Source of the DNA: Acetobacteraceae bacterium
GTDB taxonomy: Bacteria; Pseudomonadota; Alphaproteobacteria; Acetobacterales; Acetobacteraceae
DNA: 64,000 bases
Direction of reading: 5' to 3'
NCBI GenBank assembly: GCA_031291725.1
Contig: JARLIM010000040.1
Coordinates: 15,071 to 79,070, forward strand
This document shows, piece after piece, positions 18,037 to 25,570 of this stretch. Under the pieces are notes generated by a model. The model searched no databases, was not told where the DNA came from, and worked only from the letters and a program-made list of their open reading frames with translations. The position numbers and the translations under genes were made by a program. Numbering within the stretch: position 1 is the stretch's first letter; every line of letters begins with the position of its first letter.

Positions 18037-18345
18037 TTACGGCGTCCTCACCAGCGGCGCTGGCCTCTCCCCGATAATGGCGCGGCCACGGTGCCGGGGA
18101 GCGTCAGTTTCGCGAAGTTGCTGAAGATTGCGGCATCGGACGGGGATGGCAAGGGCCAGCGGGGCGGGGAGGGCGTGACAAGGTGTGTGTGCGATGCATC
18201 CGACGGGCGAGAGCTGTTCGATTTGTCGCCACGGCGACATTTTTTCGGACTTGGGGGCCATCGGAGCGTTGGGTGTAAGCACGCCTACCTCTTACCCCAG
18301 CCGCTGAATTACACCGACGGTCGGTGACCGGCCGGGCGATGCGAC
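18037..18345 (+). repeat. 309-bp direct repeat, copy A (contains core motif copy 3 at 18269-18318)
   Basis: Aligns end to end with 25147-25455. By eye there are about 30 substitutions and two 1-nt indels, so roughly 90 percent identity. Non-coding. Confidence 0.85.
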
Positions 18346-18494
18346 ATACACAGGTCTTCGTACTTGATCACGGCCCTTGTTGGTTCGTTGTTTTATCATA
18401 CATCCGATTTGCCCTGATATTGTCGGACCCATAGCGGCTTGCGACTACCCTGGACGTTGCTCTCCTGAACCTGCCCACTCAAGGACTCCCAGAG

Positions 18495-19115
18495 ATGGCG
18501 AACAAGCTGGCTGGCCAAAGGGCCAAATACTCGAAGGCGTTTGCCGATTTCAGCAGAACCGACGACGAAGATCAGAAGATCGGGCCCATCCGTCGTATGA
18601 TGGAGGTGATCCAACAAGCGCCCGCAAACGGCTTCACCGAAGCGGAAGTGACAAATAGCAGGGATTTACCGGACGAGGTCCGCCGTTTGCTGACGCAAGG
18701 GGCAAGAGTGCCGGAAATGTCAGAGGAGGACCCGGATCAACTCGTTCGCCAACGCGACCAGATGGTTGATATCTCCGACACGCACGAAGAGGGCAATGGG
18801 GATCAGTGCGTCTATGCATACGGGTATCGCTGCGCCCCGGACCGTTTGAAGGTTGGCAGGACCGACGGTGACGTAATCGACCGTATTGCTCGGCAAATAG
18901 CGACAAGCACGCCAGAGAAGCCAAGTCTTTTCCTCGTCATTCGCACGTCAGATTCCCGTGCGCTCGAGATGGCAATGCACGGTGTCCTTCGGCTTCGGCG
19001 CATGAAGATCATCGGCGGCGGCGATGAGTGGTTTCTGACGACCCGCGACGAACTGCTGGAGATCTATAGGGCGATCAGTGGCCCGGCTGCCAATCCGTTG
19101 GTGAGCGCCCCCTGA
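18495..19115 (+). CDS. T5orf172 (GIY-YIG-like) domain protein
   Basis: C-terminal half CVYAYGY...LKVGRTDGDVIDRI...MHGVLRLRR...GDEWF fits the T5orf172/GIY-YIG-like pattern. Confidence 0.7.
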   Translation: MANKLAGQRAKYSKAFADFSRTDDEDQKIGPIRRMMEVIQQAPANGFTEAEVTNSRDLPDEVRRLLTQGARVPEMSEEDPDQLVRQRDQMVDISDTHEEGNGDQCVYAYGYRCAPDRLKVGRTDGDVIDRIARQIATSTPEKPSLFLVIRTSDSRALEMAMHGVLRLRRMKIIGGGDEWFLTTRDELLEIYRAISGPAANPLVSAP

Positions 19116-19375
19116 CCGATGGGCTGCCCGACCGGCGATTATAGAGGTCGCCGTCTCATTTGCACCCTGCAGTTCCATCAAAGCACCTAAACCAAGTGCC
19201 CGCGAAATCAGCAGCAGGCCAGTTGCCTCAATGACGGGACTGGCTGTTTTCGCGAGCGTGCAATCAACGCTAACCGCCTTCGGCATCCACCACGTTGACG
19301 GACGTGACAGGAGACTTCACCGCTACAACCTGCTAAGGCTAATTTCTCGCCGCCCTAGAGGAGCGTCGTACAGCC

Positions 19376-19900
19376 GTGTTGTACCTTCTTCATACCAGTT
19401 GGTGGGCGAGGGCGCCGATCGTCATTGCGGTAGCTGTGAGCGTCCTGGCTGCCTGCTACGGCCTGAAAAGCGGGAGCGGGAGGACGCGGACGGTCAGCGC
19501 GGGCTTCTTCGAGGGGCCGGGACTCACAAACTCAGGGGCGGTCTCCACCGTCCTCTCACTCATCCCGCTGTTGTTGTCGGCCGACGTGCGGTCGGAGCCG
19601 AAGTCGGTCTCTCTGCTCGGGGCGGCGACGCTGGTGTTCGCGCTGAGTACATTCCTGGGGCTGTGGCTCTATGGCGGCGTCGCGGCGGCCCCCCATGCGA
19701 CGGAAGGCGGTGTGATCAAGGTGACCATCCCTCGGCGCCTGATCGTGGTCCAGAACGTCATCATGTCGTGCCTGATTGTGGGTGCGGGCTGCTTCCTGGT
19801 CTTCCTGCTCGTCACGCATAGCCTTGTGCCACCAGATGCCAAGTCGAACAGCAAAGTCACTATACTGGAGTGCACCGATGACAATTGTAGACGTCGTTAA
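19376..19900 (+). CDS. Integral membrane protein (about 4 TM helices)
   Basis: GTG start. Hydrophobic segments APIVIAVAVSVLAACYGL, AVSTVLSLIPLLLSA, LLGAATLVFALSTFLGLWLYGGV and VIMSCLIVGAGCFLVFLLV. Confidence 0.55.
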   Translation: MLYLLHTSWWARAPIVIAVAVSVLAACYGLKSGSGRTRTVSAGFFEGPGLTNSGAVSTVLSLIPLLLSADVRSEPKSVSLLGAATLVFALSTFLGLWLYGGVAAAPHATEGGVIKVTIPRRLIVVQNVIMSCLIVGAGCFLVFLLVTHSLVPPDAKSNSKVTILECTDDNCRRR

Positions 19901-20291
19901 TGACATCCGGCGCGGCTGCCAACGCGGTCCGGAAGCCGAGGAGGCGGAGCGGGGCGGGGAGAAACTCGACGACCCAGACGACGCGCTGCAACTCAGTTTC
20001 GAAATGGCCATAGCCATTCAACTTGGCGGCGGGACACGCTATAACCTCCCAGAAGCGCTCGACCTCGCCGGACGAATACTTTGCCCGCTCTTCGACTACG
20101 CCAAGCCGACTCAATATCGCACTGAGATGCGGAAGATTAGACTTCAATACCGGGGAATCGCGCGCAACTTCGAACTGCAACGCGACTGGTTCACACTCAC
20201 CGAACTACTCGTGAAAAAGGGTGCCCTCACGAGCGTGGACTCCGCCGTCAAAGCGCAGATATGGAGCGAATTGGGTAGGAAAGTTGGATAG
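19878..20291 (+). CDS. Hypothetical soluble protein (137 aa)
   Basis: ATG preceded by TGGAG. Overlaps the end of the membrane-protein gene, which suggests translational coupling. Confidence 0.5.
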   Translation: MTIVDVVNDIRRGCQRGPEAEEAERGGEKLDDPDDALQLSFEMAIAIQLGGGTRYNLPEALDLAGRILCPLFDYAKPTQYRTEMRKIRLQYRGIARNFELQRDWFTLTELLVKKGALTSVDSAVKAQIWSELGRKVG

Positions 20292-20490
20292 GAATTGCTG
20301 GTCACTGCGCGAGCGCAACGCGCCACTGCGCTCCAATTCCTTGAAGACCCCGCCGCGTCTCACGGAATGCCCGGCCCGACGCTGCCGGCTGCCTTTCACC
20401 GATAGCGAACTCCCGGTTTGCAGAACTCAAGACATATGAAATCACCAAAAATCGTCGATAGGGCCTTACGTCTTGTCTATTTTGACCTGC

Positions 20491-21198
20491 TCAGAAGTTA
20501 AATGGGCTCACCCATTGCCGGAAGAAAGAATTTGGCCCTCCGAGTATACCTTGATTCGGCACGGTCTTTGCGATCGCGTTATTGGGGCCTGGACCATGTG
20601 TTATGTCATGATCTGCATTGAGGAGCTGCTGAAGTGCAGTCGCCTGCAAGCTGAGGTTCGCGGCCTTTTTCTGCTGCAAATCCTGAATCACCGCGTTCTG
20701 CCTATCGATTTCCGACTGCAGAGCGCCGTTCTTCTGAAGGGCGGCCAATGCGTCAACTTCCTTGTTATACTCTGCGTCGAGCTTCGCATAATCGTCACGC
20801 AGCGTCTGCAAGGGGCTGGGGACAGGTTCATCGGCATAGGCTGGCGCAACCAGGCTGAGCGACGTGCCGTCGTGCCCTCTCTCGCCCTTTGCAGCAACCA
20901 GATTGCCGGAGCCGAACGCAACGCAGAAGATAATCAGGGAGTTCAGCACGTAGTAAATGCCCTGGATCCACCACTTTCTCGCGCTCGCCATTACCAAAAG
21001 CCCGAACAGGAAGCTCAACGCCAGCCCGATGTAGGACGGCGGGAGGCCGAAGTTTTTTGCCAAGGTATTAGCGATCAGCATGGTTATGCCACCCGCTGCG
21101 CCAGGTGTCAGCATCGCTTCGGGAGTGAGAAACTTGTCGAGCGCGCCGCCCCCGCCCCCGCTCCCGTGGTTCGATGTTGCGCTTTCCGTTCCGCTCAT
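20491..21198 (-). CDS. Membrane protein with C-terminal coiled-coil region (235 aa)
   Basis: Strong RBS GGGAGGGG. Gly-rich N-terminus, three hydrophobic helices, then a heptad-like segment (LRDDYAKLDAEYNKEVDALAALQK...). Confidence 0.6.
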   Translation of the reverse strand: MSGTESATSNHGSGGGGGALDKFLTPEAMLTPGAAGGITMLIANTLAKNFGLPPSYIGLALSFLFGLLVMASARKWWIQGIYYVLNSLIIFCVAFGSGNLVAAKGERGHDGTSLSLVAPAYADEPVPSPLQTLRDDYAKLDAEYNKEVDALAALQKNGALQSEIDRQNAVIQDLQQKKAANLSLQATALQQLLNADHDITHGPGPNNAIAKTVPNQGILGGPNSFFRQWVSPFNF

Positions 21199-21408
21199 GG
21201 CGACCCCTCCCAGCTTGAGCGGCGATGATAGCGGCGGACAACAGCGGCGTCATCAGGCGGCTAGGCTATCCCGCTCGATCAGCGAGGAGGCTAATTGTGC
21301 AAATCTCAAGAATTTTGCGACATGCCCAGCCGAAGTCGATTGGGTATCGAACCGGGACCGTGTAACAGTCTTGAGCTGGAGAACCCGCTCCTGAGGGAGG
21401 TAAGTGCC

Positions 21409-21729
21409 GTGAGTGCAGAATCGATAGCGATGCTAAGAATCGGACAACTTCTGATCACGTCACTTTTGGGGTTTGGGAGCATATTTCTCGGATATCGGCT
21501 ATTCTCCCAGATACCAGTCACCACCACGGCCGATGGCCAATTCAAGATGCCGAATATTGGCGAGGCTAAACTAAAGGCTGGGCCTGGCCTGTTCTTCGCT
21601 TTATTCGGGGCCATCGCGATCTATTTCAGCATAGACAGAGCAATCACGATTTCTAACACGCCAGACTCATCGTTTAGCTTTGCCAACGCGCCGCCCAGTT
21701 TTCAATACTCGTGCCAGCGACGCCAGTAA
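21409..21729 (+). CDS. Small membrane protein (about 106 aa, 2 TM)
   Basis: GTG lies 9 nt after GAGGGAGG. Hydrophobic segments LLITSLLGFGSIFLGY and GLFFALFGAIAIYF. Confidence 0.45.
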   Translation: MSAESIAMLRIGQLLITSLLGFGSIFLGYRLFSQIPVTTTADGQFKMPNIGEAKLKAGPGLFFALFGAIAIYFSIDRAITISNTPDSSFSFANAPPSFQYSCQRRQ

Positions 21730-21999
21730 ACCGGCGCTTCGAGTGACTGGTGCAAAACTCACTATTTATGCAACAAAATTAGGCCGCTGATCGGATTGAG
21801 CTTTCGGGTTTCAGAAGTCCGTTGCATAATCAGAGCCTGATTTACGGCGATGCACGGCCAAATGCAGCCATGCTGCGAATGACCGATTATGACCGTCGGC
21901 ACCCGGAGGCGGGCCGGCAGGAACCCGCGTACTGCAGACTTTCGGGGGGTTGGCCGCTTCTGCATGCGACTCTGGTCCGCTATTCGACACGATCTGTGG

Positions 22000-22287
22000 C
22001 TATGCGGGCCAAATAATTTTCTGCCCGCATTTTGAGAGCGGAGTGAACCGCGTCCGGTCTGCCGGCAACTGTAGTAAGCCAGCGTGTTCCAGGGTGAAAT
22101 TGGTGTTGTGAGCAAGTATTGCATTGAGGGTGCCGAATATCTGTCCGGTAAGCAATAGAAGCTGCACCAGGGTGCGATAGGTCCCGGCCGTCGGCCACTG
22201 CTTAAGCACCCGAGCAATCTCTGGCAAAATAAGTCCTGACATATTCGAGCGTCTAGCGTACTGTCGTCGGGTAGCAGCTGCAACCAT
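22000..22287 (-). pseudogene. Possible tyrosine-integrase remnant
   Basis: The translation has LVQLLLLTGQIFGTL ... LQLPADRTRFTPLSKCGQKI. This resembles the integrase box I (LLLLTGxRxxEl) and the downstream PAeRTK...PLS segment. There is no N-terminal or catalytic C-terminal part, and the frames are broken. Confidence 0.3.
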
Positions 22288-22298
22288 AGGAAGGCAGC

Positions 22299-22535
22299 AT
22301 GCGTCGCCCGTCCGGGGACCGTACGATGTCAGTTGAATATCTCTTGGTCACCTTCAATGATGACCGCGATGTTCTCGCCGACGGCGATCGCGTGGGCGTT
22401 ACCAACCACACGATCCTCCTTCCGGCCGACGAATATAACATCACGCTCAGTGGGGATGGCTATGCGCCGCCAAGCCAAACAGTCGTCCTCGCGGGCACCT
22501 CGATCATGCGACCGAAGGTTGTCACGTTCAGCTAG
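22299..22535 (+). CDS. Small PEGA-like beta-sandwich protein (78 aa)
   Basis: ATG is preceded by GGAAGG. VTFNDDRDVLADGDRVGVTNHTILLPADEYNITLSGDGYAPPSQTVVL resembles the PEGA domain pattern. The next gene starts 2 nt after its stop. Confidence 0.5.
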   Translation: MRRPSGDRTMSVEYLLVTFNDDRDVLADGDRVGVTNHTILLPADEYNITLSGDGYAPPSQTVVLAGTSIMRPKVVTFS

Positions 22536-22536
22536 A

Positions 22537-24012
22537 TTGACCAACTGCGCGCGCGCCGCGCGGGTCTGTGTGCTTCTTGCAGCCTTCGGTCTAGGCGCCT
22601 GCACGACGGTGCCTGACTTTCCGAACGTGCCGCTCGCGGCGGGAGCGGCGAATTCACCGCCAGCGAGCCCAATCGGCACGGATCCAGAGGCGCCATTGAT
22701 CTTGATGGCATTCTCGGGCGGGGGGTCGAGAGCGGCAGCGCTTGGGCTTGGCGTGCTGAATGAATTGGCCACCGCGGCTTACCCGGCGCACGGCAAATCG
22801 GAGTCACTGATCGATCGGGTCAAGGTGGTTTCCTCGGTGTCGGGCGGCAGCGTCGTCGCTGCCTGGTTTGGCTTCGCCGGCCCTGGGCGCCTGAATGAAC
22901 TGAAGGATAATTTCCTCAAACAGGACAACATGGCGACCTTGGAATGGCAGGCAGTAAATCCGCTCACCTTGGCCCGTCTGGCATTCAGCGGCTACACCCG
23001 CATTGATGTAATGCGCGATCTGCTCGATCGCGAGCTCTTCCACGGCGCGCGCTTCGCCGCTCTTCAAAGGCCGGGCGCGCCACTTGTGGTAATGAATGCC
23101 ACCGATATGGAATCGGGAGAGGTCTTCGCCTTCACGCCACAGCGCTTCGACGATCTGTGCTCCGATTTGAATCAGTTGCCGATCTCCGTTGCGGTCTCCG
23201 CATCGGCAGCGTTTCCGGTCGCGTTGTCGCCGATGAGCTTACGCAATTACAGCTACGAAAGCTGCAAAGGTGCTATCCCGTCGCCTGGTTGGATTGACGC
23301 AGGCCTCAGTTTCCCGTTGAACCGCTACATCAACCTCGAGGAATATAAGCGCGCGCGCTATGCGAACGCCCTCCGGAACGGTAACGACGCGTATCGTAAC
23401 GAGCATTATTTGCACCTGCTCGATGGCGGGCTCGCCGACAATCAAGGAGTGCAGTCGCTGAGCGAGGTGCTGGTTTCGCCGCACAGCGCGGCGCATATCA
23501 TCCGCGGCATCAATGCCGGCCACGCGAAGCGCATCGTCGTGATCTCGGTCAACGCACGCTCTGATGCAGACAGGGATATCGGCAAGGAAGCAGCAGTTCC
23601 CGGACTGCTGAAGGTGGTGGATACCGTGATTGGCACACCGATCGATGGCACCACCGCCTATGCTAATGCCAGCCTCCAGGATTTGGTCGCCACCCTGAAG
23701 AGCGCTGGTGAAACAGCACCGCAGGCGCCTGGGCATCCGCTGTTTGCCGGCATGCGGGTCTATGGCGTTGCCATCGATTTTGACCAGTTTATGCCAGAGC
23801 AGCACAACTTGCAGAATGTTGTGAAGAACATCGGCACGACCTGGACGCTCTCGGCCGCACAGCTACAGGCGGCGATCGATGCCGGGAAGATCCTGCTGCG
23901 CCAGCATCCTTGTTACCAGCGGCTTCTACTCGACCTGAAGGCCCGGCCTGCTGCAGGCGATGAGGCCACAATCCGTAAAGGCTGTCCGTTCGCGGGGGAC
24001 GACCCTTCCTAA
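22537..24012 (+). CDS. Patatin-like phospholipase, predicted lipoprotein
   Basis: TTG start. Signal/lipobox VCVLLAAFGLGAC. Oxyanion motif FSGGGSRAA, nucleophile elbow GVSGGS region (SSVSGGSVV), and catalytic Asp motif LLDGGLADNQG. Confidence 0.85.
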   Translation: MTNCARAARVCVLLAAFGLGACTTVPDFPNVPLAAGAANSPPASPIGTDPEAPLILMAFSGGGSRAAALGLGVLNELATAAYPAHGKSESLIDRVKVVSSVSGGSVVAAWFGFAGPGRLNELKDNFLKQDNMATLEWQAVNPLTLARLAFSGYTRIDVMRDLLDRELFHGARFAALQRPGAPLVVMNATDMESGEVFAFTPQRFDDLCSDLNQLPISVAVSASAAFPVALSPMSLRNYSYESCKGAIPSPGWIDAGLSFPLNRYINLEEYKRARYANALRNGNDAYRNEHYLHLLDGGLADNQGVQSLSEVLVSPHSAAHIIRGINAGHAKRIVVISVNARSDADRDIGKEAAVPGLLKVVDTVIGTPIDGTTAYANASLQDLVATLKSAGETAPQAPGHPLFAGMRVYGVAIDFDQFMPEQHNLQNVVKNIGTTWTLSAAQLQAAIDAGKILLRQHPCYQRLLLDLKARPAAGDEATIRKGCPFAGDDPS

Positions 24013-24371
24013 TCCAAGCATCCCTAGGCAGCAGTTCAACAATGACGCCAACCGGCTTACCGCCATTCCTAGTTGCCGGCACATCAAATGTCGACCATCA
24101 AACAACAGACAGAGCACAATTCAGAATTGATACACGTGGTTTGTCGCAGGGTTCTGATGCCGATCGACGCCTTGTGTCTTTGAACTAAAACGAGGCAGAA
24201 TGGTCACTATGCGGTGTATATTCACACCTTGGGTGGATCGGTGTGGATAAGCGCCCAAGCAGGGTCCGGGATATTTTACGAATCAACTGTATATCGCCCT
24301 GATCGGCACCGCGCTACTCGCCGATTCATATGCCGGGGCCATCAGCCCGGCCGTCCCGTGTCCATTCATCG

Positions 24372-25061
24372 TTAAGATGCAAGATGTGATGCTATTCCCC
24401 AGGCTTTCTGCAGAAGTGCCCCTTCGGCCAAGCGCTGGTCCGGTAACTTGCCGAGATCTGAGTAGGGATGGCTCGTCGGCAGAATGCAAAGGGGCTTTTC
24501 TTCGAAACTGACCTGCTCTTCCTGCCCAACGTGCAACTTCGGCAGACGTAACAAATCACCCAACAACCCCGCCGGACGGCTGCCAAGCACCACGATCAGA
24601 CGGGGCAGCAGGGTGCGGATTTGGAACGCGAGGTACTCGGCGCAGAGAGAATTATAGCTTGGGTTATTCATTGGGTGCGCCAAAGCCGAACGATCGCTGC
24701 GCAGTCCCAAGTAGGCATTTGTGTAGAATCCAAGGTGCCCGGGGATTTCTGCGTGCTTGAGGCGCTGCCGTAGCCACCGCCAAGTTGGTGGATTTTCATG
24801 CAGTCTCAGTCTCTGAAAGCCTGCTAGACTACCAAAATCATTGCCAAGAAACATTATTTCACCAGAGGGAAATGCAAAGGGGCTTGGCTGCCGCAACGCC
24901 AACTGATTATCGTCCCGCCACAGGCCATCCCCACCTGGGAAAAAGCCCTGACCAGTCAGCGTGCGCGGGAACGGTTCGAGGCCTTCGGGATAAGCTCGAC
25001 CGCCAAATCGGCCTTCTGCCTCGAGGGTGGTGAGGCGGCTAAGCAAGATGCCTATAGACAT
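24372..25061 (-). CDS. Uracil-DNA glycosylase superfamily-like protein (divergent)
   Basis: The order of motifs matches the UDG fold: IMFLGNDFGS (position of GEaPG motif A), FYTNAYLGLR, C..YL..QI..LLPRLIVVLG, and TSHPYS (HPS-type motif B). Confidence 0.55.
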   Translation of the reverse strand: MSIGILLSRLTTLEAEGRFGGRAYPEGLEPFPRTLTGQGFFPGGDGLWRDDNQLALRQPSPFAFPSGEIMFLGNDFGSLAGFQRLRLHENPPTWRWLRQRLKHAEIPGHLGFYTNAYLGLRSDRSALAHPMNNPSYNSLCAEYLAFQIRTLLPRLIVVLGSRPAGLLGDLLRLPKLHVGQEEQVSFEEKPLCILPTSHPYSDLGKLPDQRLAEGALLQKAWGIASHLAS

Positions 25062-25146
25062 ATGTCCAGTTCACTTTCGTATCGGCGGCTTAGGTTGGAT
25101 GTCAGGGGTCATGTATTGTGAACGTATCACACTGCGAAAACTCCGC

Positions 25147-25455
25147 TTACGGCATCCTCGCCAGCGGCACTGGCCTCTCCACTGTAATGACGCGGCCACG
25201 GTGGCGGGGAGCGTCAATTTCGCGAAGTTGCCGAAGATTGCGGCATCGGGCGGGGATGGCAAGGACCAGCGCGGCGGGGAGGCGTCACAAGGTGTGTGTG
25301 CAATGCATCCGATTGGCGAGAGCTGTTCGATTTGTCGCCACGGCGACATTTCTGCGGACTGGGTGGCCATCGGGACGTTGGGTGTAAGCACGCCTATCTA
25401 TTACCCCTGCCGCTGAATTACACCGACGCCTGTGATCGGCCGGGCCGAGCGCGAC
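25147..25455 (+). repeat. 309-bp direct repeat, copy B (contains core motif copy 4 at 25378-25427)
   Basis: Aligns with 18037-18345. Shared landmarks are the palindrome TTCGCGAA, the hairpin TGTCGCCACGGCGACA and the core TTGGGTGTAAGCACGCCTA...GAATTACACCGAC. Confidence 0.85.
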
Positions 25456-25570
25456 CGGAACGCTATGAGCGCCGATCGCTGGCCACCCCCGATCCCCCTC
25501 TGCTCCCGGTCGTCCCGGAACGTGCCCATAGGCGCCGCTACGTCGGCCGCGCCGGCATGGGAGCAAACCG

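Larger units (their letters stand above)
1821..25455. mobile_element. Pipolin-like integrative island (piPolB + integrase + Xis + defence/UDG cargo) delimited by att-like repeats
   Basis: A PolB-int-xis operon lies next to the left repeat and a UDG-like gene next to the right repeat. Cargo is an R-M system and accessory genes. Composition is patchy. The left limit is uncertain, since the ATPase-Toprim gene at 1-1379 may also be cargo. Confidence 0.5.

Noticed and set aside
18037-18345. Repeat as a tRNA or (two-piece) tmRNA gene, which is the usual target of P4-like integrases
   Set aside because: On neither strand could I draw a cloverleaf, a T-arm (GTTCGATT is present but has no flanking 5-bp stem) or a CCA-ending acceptor. 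A tag-like reading (…NFAKLTLPGTVAA) is not followed by a stop codon in either copy. This remains worth a formal ARAGORN/Infernal run.
21762-22283. 173-aa minus-strand ORF
   Set aside because: It has Cys/Arg/Ser/Pro-rich composition without structure or RBS. It overlaps the frame that carries the integrase-like remnant, so it is interpreted as part of a decayed region.
22537-24012. Patatin-like phospholipase as a CBASS (CapV-type) effector
   Set aside because: No cyclase/nucleotidyltransferase or other CBASS gene is nearby, and the protein has a lipoprotein signal peptide, which does not fit a cytoplasmic CapV-type effector.
25071-25391. Small ORFs inside the 309-bp repeats (81 aa at 18037..18282, 106 aa at 25071..25391, plus plus-strand ORFs)
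   Set aside because: A 1-nt indel between the copies shifts the frame after ~35 codons, and substitutions are not biased to synonymous sites, so coding is unlikely.
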